Part shown: positions 24,101 to 38,600 of the stretch, piece by piece
Layout: each line of letters starts with the position of its first letter
Position numbering within the stretch: position 1 is the first letter of the stretch
NCBI GenBank assembly: GCA_951406725.2
Contig: OX597823.1
Location: 24,738,001 to 24,802,000, forward strand
DNA: 64,000 nucleotides
From: Octopus vulgaris
Lineage: Eukaryota
Direction of reading: 5' to 3'
Translations under genes and position numbers: made by a program
The notes under the pieces: model-generated
What the model was told of the DNA's origin: nothing
The model's database searches: none
The model's input: the letters and a program-made list of their open reading frames with translations, nothing else

Positions 24101-27100
24101 CAATGATGTGCCATGCCATTTTACCCCTCTCACCACATTCTGCTTTTGCTGTTATCACTATCAGTAGTGTTGTCTATTCTGCACTTCATATAGTTGGTCC
24201 TTAACCCTTGTTCTTGAACTGCGCATATGAGTACATCTCTATCTTTAGATCACTCCTCCTCATCCATAGCCACTGGTCCTCTGTATCTATCTTGGTGTTC
24301 ACATACATCTCTTGCAAAGTGACCATACAATTTCTTTTCTTTCCATGCTTTTTATTTTTTTATTTCTTGTTTAAATTTTTCTTTTCTTACTCAATTCTCT
24401 GTGTTGATGACGCCAACCTTCTTCATGTGTTTCAACAGTGGCTCCATGACATTCTCTTATATACCACTCTAAGCTGTTTTCCTTTGCTTCGATACAATCC
24501 TGGCAACTGATCAAACTTCTTCCATTCTTTCTTCTGGACAAGTACAACATATTGGTGTCACTCTTAGGATGGCAGGCTCTATGTGCTGCCAACACTTTTC
24601 TGGTCTTGGTATCCATTTTCTTCATTTTTCTCTTTTGCCATTTTATGATTCCTGCTCCATACCAAAGTGATGCTATCACCCACATATTAACTGCTTGTCT
24701 TTTATCCCATCCAGTCAATTTTGAGTGCAACACCAATGTCAATCTTCAGAAATACTCCATCCTCAGTTGTTCTTTCGTTTCCTTTTCCATTATCCCTTTG
24801 GACTCTAGTACAACAAGATATTTGTATTCTTCCATTTCGGTTTGTTTAATCAAGTCTCTATTTGGTTATTTTACCCTTGCTAGGGACTGTACCTTGCCTC
24901 TTTTTAGTTAGATTATTCCACACTTCTTGAGTCCAAATTCCATTCTAGTATCAATACTAAAACAGTGGACCATGTTCACCAAGGAACTCACTTGTGTCTC
25001 ATCTTTGCCATACAGTTTCAAATCATCCATGAAGATGAGGTGGTTGATTATTTGGGATTTTTCCTTTAGTTGGTACCCCAGGTTCATTTTCCTAAGTACC
25101 AAGGTCAGGAGTAACATGCAAAGGACAAATAGCAATGGAGATAGGTTACCACCTTGGAAAATCCATCTTCTGATACTCAGGGTGCCCAAGCTTTTTCCAT
25201 AAGATGTCAGTTCAGTTTTTCATCCCACCATATTTCTCTTCATGAAACATGTTACATTCCTCACAATTCCAAACAGATCTAAGCACTTGATAATCCATGA
25301 ATGTGGAATCATATCAAGCTTTGCAATAGTCAATCTAAGCCATTCCCAGATTTGTTCTCCTTCATTGTTCTCTTGCATTACCATTTTGTCTATCAATAGT
25401 TGATCTTCAGCACCTCTGCATCTCCTTCTACAGCCTTTTTGCTCTGTCAGTAATATATTGTTCTTTCTGCGGTTCCTCCTGATTGTAACTTCCACATTAA
25501 TTGTAAGCAGGAAATTGGTCTGTCATTGTAAGCAGCATTTCCCTTTGATGCATCCTTCAGGCACAGCACCATTCATCCTTTTGTCAACCAGCCATGGATT
25601 TCTCCTTCTTCTTATCATTATTATTGATTTGACTCAGGCTTTGTCTTATTCTTGGCAGTATTTTTGTGGGTAATGGATACAACCTGTAACCTTAGGTATC
25701 TACTAACTTTCAATAGTCTTTCAAGTGTGGGGAGTTTTTGATATCACCTCATATGATAGATATACTATTTAAAAAAATTATGTGATGCATGCATCATGTG
25801 TTGAGTGTGTGTGGCGGGGTATAAAATGTACTTATTGTTTTCTCTTTTTTTTTTCCTTCCAGCTGATGATACGAAAATTAAGCTTTCTAAAGTTAGCGCA
25901 CCTGGACATAATGTTTTAAAGAAACTTCAGAATGTGAACTCAAAGAAGTGTAATGAAGCTTGCCTCCAACATTCAGAATGTAATTCTTATGAGTACAATA
26001 AGAAAGAAAAGGTCTGTGATTTGAGTGATGTGACTCATTTGACTGATAAACTTAAACCCAATAATGGAAATTGGGATATTTACATCATTGATACAGGTCA
26101 GTAGAGTATTACCATTTTATTTTTATATGCATGTCTGTATATCTTTATATATATGTATATGAGTGTGTCATATATATATATTTGAAAGCATTGGCAATGA
26201 TAAATCATATTACAGTACTTCAGACTCGTGGAGTGCTGTTCTAAAAGCATTTCATTTATGCTTGTGCATGCCAGGCCCTGCCCCTAAACTAATTCTGCTT
26301 CATCAAGCATTCCCAAATCTCATTACACTAACCCACCCGAACACCCATCCATTCATTATTTCTCTATTTGTAGCACTAATTGGCACCTGTAATGACTTGA
26401 GAGCAGAATTTGCATATATCATTTCCCCCATCCATTCTTTGTACTACCAGGTTCCTCCTTCCCTTCCCCCATCCCCTACTGGTACCACTTCCATCCTTCA
26501 TTCTTGTTACCTTCCCTTCCTACATTATTGACATTGGTCACTTCCTGTCTGCCACTTCACTTCTCTCTCCCTCTTCTCTGCCAAACTCCATCATAACACC
26601 TCACATATCTGCTATCAGCCAACCATAAGTACCTCAATATCTCTTTCTCCACTACTCCTACACTTTGCCCTTCCCCCCTCATCTTCTGACATCTTCCTAA
26701 GCCACATCTATCTTTCTCATCTTATACCCTCTTCATACTGACATTACCCATCAACTGCATATTCACCTTTGTTCATCACTTACTACGTTCACTTCTAGCC
26801 TCATCTGTTTCCATCATTTGCTCTCCCCTCACTTACTTATAAAATTACTTGCCCCTTTCTTCCTCCTCACTGATCCTCTGTATATATCCTCTCTTATACG
26901 CAACTTGTAAATTGTGAATTTTAATCTGGCGACCATTCACTACCATTTTTATTTTCTTCCTAGCTACACTCATCTACCCTTTCATAATGTGAAAATGTTA
27001 GCCATGCACCTATCATGTGTGTGTGTGTTTAGAAGTTTAAAAAGTAACACACATTGATATGTATAACAAAAATAAAACAAGGTAGAAAATGCTAAAATAA

Positions 27101-30100
27101 TTTTATTGCGAAGTACATTTTAGTACCAGTTTCCAGCTTTTAAACTTTTTCAACTAAGAGTAAAATACGAAAAACAATTAAATTGGAGAAAAAAATTAAG
27201 TGAAATGTTTTGTAAATATTTCCATAGTCTTCAAATAGTCTGTCTCTTGCTCTCTCTCCCTTTGTGAATACTTGGTAGGTATGCAGTAGCAAATCTGAAG
27301 AAATAGTTTTATGAGTACAAAGAATTGGTTTAGAACAAGAACAAGAATCAGGAGGAGGAGAAGATGAAGAGAAGTAGGAGTAGGGAAAGAAGGGGAAGAA
27401 GGAGAAAACAATGAAAAAGACAAGTGGTGTGACACAGTAAATTGTTCATGACCTAAAAGTGACCTTTTGTGGTCTTAACAGTGATGGTTGGAATTGTTCT
27501 AAATTCTTGTAGTAGTTTCATCTGTGGTGGAAGCATTCAAAAGAAGTTTATATTTTGCTTCTTTGCTCATGCACTGATTATAGTTTGCATTGTCCCTGAA
27601 TTTATAGAGGGGGAAAATTTTTTAAATTGGGTTAGAACAATTCCAACCACTATTTCTTCGACCACAACAGGTCACTTTTAGGTCATTTGACCATTAAAGA
27701 AGATTCCATGAACAATCTACTGTGTCACACCACTCCTGTCTTTTTCTTTTCTTTCTCCTTCTTCCTCGTCTTTCTCTGCTCCTACTTCTCTTCATCTCCT
27801 TTTTCTCCACTTCCACCTTTTCCTTCTCCTTCTTCTTGTTCCCCTTCTTCTTGTTCTCCTTCTCCTCCCTTGGCTGCTCCTGCTTAAACCATCAATTCTC
27901 TGTACTTATAAAACTATTTCTTCAGATTTGCTACTACCTACCTACCAATCATGCACAAAGGAATAGAGAGAGGGACAGACTATTTGAAGACTATGGAAAT
28001 ATTTACAAAACATTTCACATGCAGTGTGTAATGTGTGTAGGGGTGCAATGTATGTGAAGGGGTATACATTGCAGGTGATTGAAGGCAGTCTGTTTGTGGG
28101 ATGTCCACCTTATAAGGATGTGTGTGTGTGCATAGGTGTGTGCTTTAGGCAAACTTTTTGCCAGGCGCGAGGGCATTGGTGGAAGCCTGAGGCTTGAGAC
28201 CTGTGGTTGCAGTCATATTGGGGCACGCAGGTATGTTAGGATGTATTTCTTTTCATGTGGGCAGCAATCAAACACCTCACTCCTGCTTTTCAGGTAAACA
28301 TCTGAGTATTGGGTACCCTTTAAAATTGCTCTCTTCTCAGCTGGGCACACCCTCTCTGTTAACAGTTATATGAGTGCATCTTTTTCCTGATTGATGGTCT
28401 CCTAGGCAACTCATGTATATATTTATATCTATATAAATATATACATGAGTTGCCTAGGAGACCATTAATCAGGGAAAAGATGCATTCATATATTTGGATG
28501 TATGTATATGTGTGTGTGCATGTTTGTATGTGTATGTATACATATACCAGATTGAGTCAAAAGTTTTTTACCTATTTCAAGCTTTAATAAAGAGTTTGAT
28601 AAAATTACATACAAAAATAATTTATTCATCAAGCTATAACCCATCATATTCTATTGTGCCAGAATTTCAATTCAATGCTTATACCATTTGACTGGAATCT
28701 CAGTTCAACATTTATACCATTTAACTGATTTAGAGAAAGCAAATTCTCCTGGCATCCATTTTCAACCACATCTATATTATTGAACCTCCTTCTATGCAGA
28801 AAATGAACCATGGTTCAGAAAAGGTGGTAACTTGATAATGCAAGGTCTGGACTGTAGGCAGGATGATGCAGCACTTCCAGCACCTCAAATTCCTCAAGTT
28901 TGCATTTGGTCTCATTGGCAGTGTGTGCTGGGGCATTGTCATACTGTAGGAGTGCACATCTTCAATTGATCAATACCAGATAGGAGGCTTTCAAAGCATC
29001 ATATACTCACTGCAGTTGTTGAGCATAAAGGTTAGCATTCAAAGTATGACCATCTGGGACAACCTCAAAACTCTTCAAACTGCCTTTGTTTGACAACAGG
29101 TTCTGAAGCCTGGCTGGAATGAAGCCACTGGTTTCTCTTAATAGGATTATGAAAATACATCTGTCTTTCATCCACAGCTGTAATTCAATGCCAAAAATAG
29201 GCATCATGAGGAGTTGGCCACAATTGTTGGTAAATGTTCACATGTCATTGAGCCTAGTCATTGGTTCGTTCAAGAGGAACTTCTCCACAGCATCTGTTCA
29301 CAAGTCTGAGCTTATGGTGGTGTTGATTAATGGTGCTTTGCGAAGGACCAAGTTCTGCTGACCATGTATGTCTGCTTGGGCTTGGTTTTTGTTCAGCCAT
29401 TTCTAGCAAAGCAAAGTCTTCCACAACAGAAGGTCTCCCTGGCCTTGGTTTGTCTTTGAGGCTGGTGTCATCTTAAAGTGTTTAAAACAGCTTTGTGGCT
29501 GATGTTCATAAACAGTTCCTGGTCCTTCCAAATCACTAATTTCTTTTGCCATTGCCCTTACACTTAATCCTTTTTTCTACAGCTTCAATAAAATGGCTCT
29601 AATTGCAATTTTTCCACCACTCATTATCAAAGCTGTAAAATAAAGGATAACCAATTTGTGATTATATGTTCATCATTATCATCATCATCATCATCGTTTA
29701 ATGCCCGCTTTCCATGCTAGCATGGGTTGGACGATTTGACTGAAGGCTGGCGAACCAGAAAGCTGTACCAGGCTCCAATCTGATCTGGCAGAGTTTCTAC
29801 AGCTGGATGCCCTTCCTAACACCAACCACTCCGAGAGTGTAGTGGGTGCTTCTACATGCCACTGGCATGAGGGCCAGTCAGGCAGCACTGGCAATGGCCA
29901 TGCTCAAATGATGTTGTTTACGTGCCACCTGCACAGGAACCAGTCCAGCAGCACTGGCAATGACCTCACTCGAATGTCGTTTTTCACATGCCAGTAAGGT
30001 GATGCTGGTAACGATCACACTCGAATGGTGCATTTTACGTGCCACCAGCAGGGAAGCCAGTTTGCTGCTCTGGCAATGATCACACTCAGATGCCAGTCAT

Positions 30101-32452
30101 CGAATTTGATTTTGATTTCACTTGCCTCAACAGGTCTTCGCAAGCAGAGTTTAGTGTCCAATGAAGGAAAGGTATGCATAAGTGGACTGGTTACACCCCT
30201 GGCATTGGCCACAAGGTTATGGTCTCACTTGGCTTGCTGGTTCTTATCAAGCCCAGCATATTTCCAAAGATCCCGGTTACTAGTCATTGAGAAGAAAATG
30301 CATACATTCATACATACGTACGTACATACATACATACATACATACATGCATACATACATATATACATACATACATACATGCATACATACATTTTTATACG
30401 TGTGTTTGCATCTGTGTATGTATTTGTCTTTGTGAGCAGATGTCTTCAGATTATTACGCTCAATACTTTTCATCGTAAGATTGTCATTAACTCCTTATTC
30501 TCACCCTCCCCCAAACATACTCTCACCATTGACACCAGTTTCTTCTTTCAATTTCAGTTTACTCCGAAGTTAACTGTGGACCACCAAAAGACATTGTTGG
30601 TGCTGACAAGTCCTACAATAGCACCTCCTATAATTCTGAAGCGACCTACACTTGTCCAGAAGGAGACAAACTAAAGTCAAAATGTAAAAAGGATAATAAA
30701 TGGTCTCCAGTAAATTCTACATGTAAAGGTAATGTAAATAACTTCCTTTTTGTTGTCACTGTCAGGGTAATCTTATTTTATTTTTGTGCTAAATGTCTTT
30801 GCCAGAGGAAGTCAGCTGACTCTTTGACAATTTATGCAGTGTTTGTAGCTGGTGGAAGAGACAAAGGAAGTTGTCCTCAGACCAGATACTTCCCAAAATG
30901 CTTGCAACAGAGTGGACATCATTAATTCTATCCTAGGGTAAAGTATTAAATTGGGTGACAGATTAAGTCTCTCAACAGAAAATTTGAAATGTGATGGTCT
31001 GTTCCCTCCAGCAGATATCCATAGTTTCCATTTACCAGATTTCATCCTTAATTCCGAAGCAAATTTTTAACAAACTTTTCATCACATAACTAAGATTCTA
31101 CCCAGGACCACAGTATTTTGAAGTATTGTTCTTAACCTCATAGTCATACTGAGGATGTCTATGTAGATCTCTTAATTTCCAACCTAACCTTTTTCCCTTG
31201 TACCATGTATCCTCATCCAAAACTCTGTGCAATATAATGCTCCTAAGTCCTTCCTCACTAAAATTCAACAATCTTTTGAAATAGCCTTCCAATACTCTAA
31301 CAATTCTTCTAATCTACCACCCTTAATTATAATAAATGCAATTAATATCAATGATGGGTTTCTTTTAATTTATTCACAAGGCCAAGAATTTTTGATGGCA
31401 GGAGTTTAGACTTTTCCCTTGACTTCAGTACCTGAATAGTACTGACTTTTATCAATCCCCAAATGGATAACAGGCAAAGTTGACCTTTACTGGATTTGAA
31501 CGCAGAGCATAAAGAGCTTAAATATACAATGTTACAGATTTTTGCCAATGTTCTAATGATTCTTTGAGTGAACAATTCTTAATTATAAAAATATTAACAA
31601 TTATTAACATATAAAAGCAGATGGTATATATTTAAAAAGAAATGATGATGATAACAACAACAGTGATGACACCAATGATGTCATGAACAATGATAGCACC
31701 ATCAATAACAAGGGTGCCATCAACAATGACAATGGCAAGGACACTGACAAATCCACCAACAACAATGTTCATGGTGCATTCCTGCAAATACAGGAGGACT
31801 CTTCTCTATGGCTTATCAAGAAATCCCATGGTCCAAAATCACTGTATACACTGAGTAGATATATCCTCACCAATTGTCATCCTCTGACCTACAACCTCAT
31901 ACAGATTTGTCCCAATAACTCTTGTAAATTTTGCCACTTACACACACTTATGATTGAATTTACCCTTCCCACCCTCACTTTCATTTACAAGTGAAACTTT
32001 AAAACACAATGAATTATCAACCAAAGTTACAATTGGACATTTCAAACATCCACCTCCAACTTTCTTTTTTATGGCTTCACGAATATAACATCATAAATTC
32101 TAGATCTATGATAGAATGCATTCAGTATATTTTGTAATATATGTAGTAAATTAGTATTGAGATCACAGTGTTGAGAGGAACTTTATTCTTGTCTTGACCA
32201 CAGTATGATGACAACCTATGAAATACTGGTGCCATAATTAAATACACCTTGTACAATCTGTTAAGTAGTTGGTGTTCAGAAGGGGATCCAGCCAAGAAAG
32301 TATGCCAAAATAAAACATACAAGTGAGAAGTGCCCCCGATTTCTGACCAGGGTTTGAGGGGCAGTAACTTTGAATAAAAACTGACTCAGATATGACAAGC
32401 TGTCTAGTCCTAGCCAGCATCATGGAAAGAGGACATAAAATGATAATGATGA

Positions 32453-32500
<48 letters not shown>

Positions 32501-35500
32501 GGTTTTATATGTGTGTTGGTTTCTTGATACAAACAGGAAAAAATAGGGCTCAAAAGACAAACATATAAATTGATTTTTAACTGCAGAACTTGTGTGTGTG
32601 GGTGTCTCCCCACATGTTCAGATCATCACTTCTGATGGTCAAATCATTGTCAGAGTCTTCTCTTTTGCTCATTCCATCTTATTCCTCTTATACTTAAATT
32701 TTTCCTCAACACATTTGCACTTTCTATGCATGCACAATAATGTTGCACATTCATTAGATCACACTAGCTCCATTTCCTCTCTAGTCTTTGTACATCTTCT
32801 GTATTTATGGCCTTTCTCTCACTGCCATGTATTGTAGGTGATGATACACAAGTAACACACAATCTGCCTTTCACTCATAGTGAGAGACCTTTTGGTGCCA
32901 CCAGAGCTTATAGCTTTCTGAACTTTCTCCATCTTGTTATTCAACTATACATACTTAACATCCTCTTCCTCTGCTAATTAGGTCACCAAGTTAAGAGAAA
33001 CCATTTACAGCTTCCAGGGAACCTCCTGGGAATTCGAGAAAATCCAGTTCCTGTGTGTTTATTGTTTCTGCACATCTGTCACGTACAAAGACATCTTTCT
33101 TGGTTAACATTCCTGTGATTCCAGTGCATCTCTGATGTGTCCATATGTCGCACTGGGTACACCATATGGAATTCCTACCAACACCTTTCCTATATATTGG
33201 GCAGAGCACGCACATAATATACATGCAGTATTGATATCAATTTCTGTTCTCAATTTCAGCTTATGCAAATATTAACTGCGGAACTCCAAAGGAAGTTGTT
33301 GGTGCATCAAAGTCCTACAAAACAACCACCTATAAATCTGAAGTGACCTATACTTGTCCAAAGGGAGAACAACTAAAGTCAGTATGTGAAAAGAACAATA
33401 AATGGACTCCAGTGGTAGAAGCCTGTGAAGGTAACGCAAATAGCTCATCTACTGTTGTTTCTGTCTATGTAATTTTGTTTTATTTTTATGTTAAATGTGT
33501 TTGTCAGTGGAAGACTAACAGAATGCATACTAAGTTCTATTGTGCTTGTGGCTGATGATGAAGGAGAACTTGTTATCCTTGGATCAGAGATCTCACAAAT
33601 GCTTGCAACAGAGTGGACGTCATTAATTCTACCCAGGGGCCAGGTGATGGTATTAAACTAGAGAATGGATTAAGTCCAGGAAACAAGAGTTGGTAGCTTA
33701 GAAACTTGTTCTTCTCCTGCAAGCTTTCACATAACTTGTATCCACTATATTTCATTCCCAAGGCTTAGTTGTGAAGTTAATTTTTAATCATGCAGACAAA
33801 ACTCCACCCTCCTCGATATTGTTGTAATCTTATTACCTCCAAATCTTGATGGATATTCTCTTAATTTCTAACTTGATTTTTCTCACCCATTCTTTGTGGC
33901 ATCCTGCCTGTTAAGTGGGGATAAATATAATGTATGAGTTCTTCTTTACTAAAACTCTGCACTTCTCTGAAACAGTCTTCTGATGTTCTTGTTATCTTCC
34001 AATCCACCCCCCTTAATTATAATATTGCTACTAATAATAATAATAAAGATTTCTGATTTAGTCACAAACCAATTATTTCTGACATCATATTCATTACCAT
34101 CGTCATTTAACAGCTGTTTTCTATACTCACATGGCTTGGATGGTTTGACAGTGTCCAGTGAACCACAGAACTGCATCAAGCCCCAGTTTCCACAACTGGA
34201 TAACTTTCCTCACAGTAACCACTTTACAGTGTGTACTGGATCCCTTTCCTTGGTATTAGTAAGGTCACCATTAACTTGCAAGACAAAATAAAGGAAAATG
34301 AAGAAGTCCCCTTTTGAGAAAGAAGGAGCTACATTTGTGAAGGATAAAGTATAACAGAGGGAGGAGCATAGGTGTTTTACTATAGAGGGAATACATGTTT
34401 ACTCCATGTTATATGAGGGTGGGTGAGAGTAGCTGAAAGAGAGATAAAATTTGTGATGTTAAGGTGCCAGATCTCACTTTCAAGGCACAAGAAGGTTAGT
34501 ATAAGAAAGAATATAGACAGTTGATCAAGAGGGAAGGAAAGGGTGGATAATTTAATAAGAGTATGGGAAGAGAGTGTCAGATGGTTAGAGATTGGGCTAG
34601 AGGTAGGTGTAGTGAGGGATGAAAAAGGGTGAGTGTTGTTGATGGTAAATATCAGTATGGTGGGGAAGTTGAAAGATAGAAGTGGCTCAAGAAAGGCGGG
34701 GATGACAAGCAGCATCACATGAGAATTGGAGAGCAGCAGTATCATATATGAGTGGAGAAATGAGAAAGTAAGGAGATGACATGCAGTCGTTACCACACCC
34801 AATGTAGAATTCCTCACCATCCAGGTGACAGGCACAGCCGTAAGATGCATTACAAATCTATAGCAATTGGAAGGGCATGACCCAACTAAAATAAACATTA
34901 ACAACTGTGTGATGTGAGGGCTAAGGAGAAATGAAAGTGTCACCTCTGGAGTTTGCAAATGACCACTATACTGATACGTAACTGGACAGAATAAATTTAC
35001 AATCTATAAATGTTTTTGAATAACCAGTCACTCATCTGGGAAGGCCTTGAAATCAATGTTAGCATCTGGGGACTATGTGTGACCGAGTGATAATAGAAAG
35101 ACTGAAAGGAGGTCTGCAATCAAATAACTTTACTCAACACTTTGCAACTGATGCAAAGATACCTCTCAATTACTCGACAATTTATGCACCACATTGCAGA
35201 AATCCCAATGTAAGTGCATGTCAAAGCAAACTGTTACACTGTTGTACCATTGAATTAAAAATAGTGCTCAAATTTATGCTCGGGTAACCCTACAGCTTCC
35301 AAGAGCACAACTGTATTCGTTTTAGCTTAAATAAAATGACAAAATTGTGGGTGTTAAGTCCCCATGGAGGGGTCTTTCTAACTTGTAAGAAGATGAAACT
35401 TTATAAATATTACTTCATTTGTGTTTAATATCTATGGTTAAAATTTCATCAACAGCAAAAATATATGAATTGTCATGGGGGTTATGAACCTTATGCATAG

Positions 35501-35618
35501 AATATAATTTCCAAATTTCATAAAGATCCATTCAGTACTTTTGCCTAGTTTTGGATCATAAAAGAAATGACTAAAATTTGGGAGTTAAGGCTCCCATTAG
35601 GGTGTTATATATATATTT

Positions 35619-35699
<81 letters not shown>

Positions 35700-38600
35700 T
35701 ATTCACACACACACATACAAAGATAAATTGATAGATACAACTGAGTGGGCAAACAAAAATATGAGGTACAGCCTAGTGCTTTTTTTTATGTTGATAAGCC
35801 TGGTACTCATTCTATTAGTTTGTTCTTGTGAAATCAGTAAGTTATGTGGATGTAAATAAATGAACAACAGTTGTGAAGCAGTGATAAGGGCGAAACACAG
35901 AGACAAATACACACACACATACATTTACATATATACATACATATATATACGATTGATTTGTTTCAGTTCCTGTCTACGAAATCCATATATATTGTTGTTG
36001 GCATCCTTTTTGTCTCCGGAGACAATGGAGTTGCGCATAAAATAATCTAGTCCAGCTTTTACATTTCATATCCTAATACATCTCCTGCTGTAGCTGTGTA
36101 ATCCTATCCTGGACAAACACTCCCTCTGGCAAGTGCCGCAAATGTAGCAAAGACTTTGCCTGCCTGGTTGTAATGTAATAGTTTCTTGTTGACGTCTTTT
36201 CTTGTCTTTCCATTTCTCCTCTCTCTCTATGTCACTCCTTTGTGTTCCCTCTTTTATGGTACATCGCCAATCTCCATGGTTATTGGCAACTGCTTCCCAG
36301 TTGGTAATATTGATGTTGCAGGCATTCATGGTCCCTTTTGCAAACATCCTTGTATCGTAAGAACTGTCTTCCCACAGACCTAGTGCCCCTAGCAAGCTCT
36401 CCGAAGAGTATGTCCTTGAGGATTCTGCCATCTTCCATACGGCTAACATGTCCAAGCCATCTTATACATGTTTGTGTGTGGAGTGCAAACATGCTTGGTA
36501 TTCCTCCTTGCTTGAAGACATCTTTGTTGGGGACATGATTCTGCCATTTGATGTGAAGGATTTTCTGGAGGCAACGCAGGTGAAAGATATTTAGGCGATG
36601 CTCTTGGCGTGTGTATGGCGTCCAAGTCTCACTTCCATACAGTAGAGTGCTAAGTACACATGCCTGGTAAATCTTCATTTTTGTTGTCTTGGTCAGCTTA
36701 TTGTTGTCCCATGCCCATTTGGAGAGTTGGGCCATCACAGCAGCTGCCTTGCCAATGCGTATATTGAGCTCAGCATCAAGGGATAGGTTGTAGGTGACGG
36801 TAGAGCCAAGATAGGTAAACTTCTCCACCTCCTATATTCTGTGGTCTCCAATATGTATGTTTGGGTTATCCGATGTAGCCTGACCCATGATGTTGGTCTT
36901 CTTGGGGCTGATAACTAAGCCAAAGTCGCTACATGCTTGCTCAAAACAGTTGATGAGCCTTTGTAGGGCTTTTTCTGTGTGTGATACCAGAGTGGCATCA
37001 TCAGCAAATAGCATCTTCTTGATCAGGATGCTTCTGATTTTGGTCTTGGCTTGCAGACGCGAGAGATTGATCAGTTTCCCGTCACTTCTACTGTGCAGAA
37101 ACACTCCATCATCTGATGTCTCAAAGGCATATAACAGCAGCAGCAAGAAGATGCCAAATAATGTAGGAGCAAGAACACAAACTTGCTTTACCCAATTTTT
37201 TATTTGGAAGGCGGCTGATGTTGAACCATTGTGCTGTATGGTGCCTTGCATATCATCATGGAAAGATTTGATGATCCTCAGCAGCTTTGGAGCAGGATGA
37301 AGAGGCCTTTTCTACTTACCAAGTCAAAGGCCTTTGTCCGATCAATGAAGGCCATATATAATGGCCTTTTCTGCTCTCTGGACTTCTCCTGAAGTTGGCG
37401 TATGGAGAATATCATGTCAATAGTTGATCTGCTTCTTCTAAAACCACACTGTGATTCTGGATAAATTCGAGAAACAAGCAGTTGTAGCCTGGACAGGATA
37501 ACGTGAGCAAAGGCCTTTCCAACAGTGCTCAGAAGAAATATTCCACGGTAATTGTTACAATCACCACGGTCATCTTTGTTTTTGTAAAGCGTAATGATGT
37601 TAGCATCCCGCATATCCTGAGGGACTGTACCCTCTTCCCAGCTCTGACACAGAAGCTCACGAAGGTGCCAAAGCAGGATGGTGTTTTTGCCAGTTTTGAT
37701 GATCTCAAAAAGGATGCCGTCTTTTCCCGGAGCATTGGTGAGCTCTGCTATAGATAGCAGACTGTCAAGTTCACACATGACTGGCAAGATCTTGACACCC
37801 TCGATTGCAGCCTCAGCTACTGTGGTCTCCCATAAGTAGAGATCCTGGTAGTACTCCACCCATCTATCCATTTGCTTGCTTTGGTCCTTCATGATATCTC
37901 CAGTAGTTGATTTCAGAGGGGCTGACTTGGTTGCGGATGAACCGAGAGCCTTCTTCAAACTGACATACATCCCACAGGTGTCACCACTGTCAGCAGCTGA
38001 CTGGATACTCTGACAGATTTCCTGCCAATACCTATTTGCACAGCATCTGGCAGTCAGTTGGATTTTATTTCTTGCCTTTCTGAGTTCTTCGAGTGACTTT
38101 GTAGAAGAATCACTCTTGTATTGCATCAGAGCTGCACGCTTTGCTTTGATAACTGTTTCCAGCTCTTAGAGCTCAGCACTGAACCAATCTGGGTTTTGCC
38201 TTTCTCTCATGCTGAAAGTATCTATTGATGTGGTATAGAAAGCTTCCTGATATAATTCCACCTACTTTCAGCAGAGGAGATTGGGCAGCTACTGAGGGCA
38301 ACCTTGATAGAAACATATATGTATGTATATATGTAAGTGTATGTGTTTTGGTATTGGCAACATGAATGACAATGGTCAGAGACTACTTGAATTTTGCACA
38401 CACCATAACCTGTGCATCACCAACACATTCTTTGCTAACAAGACATCCCACAAGGCATCTTGGAGTTTGCCATCATGGTTTATTATTAATTAAGCTTATG
38501 TCGATTCCTCAGTGGTGTTAGTTTGCATTTATAAAAGAATAGATATATACAAATTATAAAAATGATTTTAAAAATATACAATACAGTATTATTTCTACTT

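Noticed and set aside
30300-32460. Near-identical blocks as uncollapsed haplotypes or assembly duplication
   Set aside because: The copies sit in different exon contexts, carry different TE insertions and show heterogeneous divergence; long reads would still be the decisive check.
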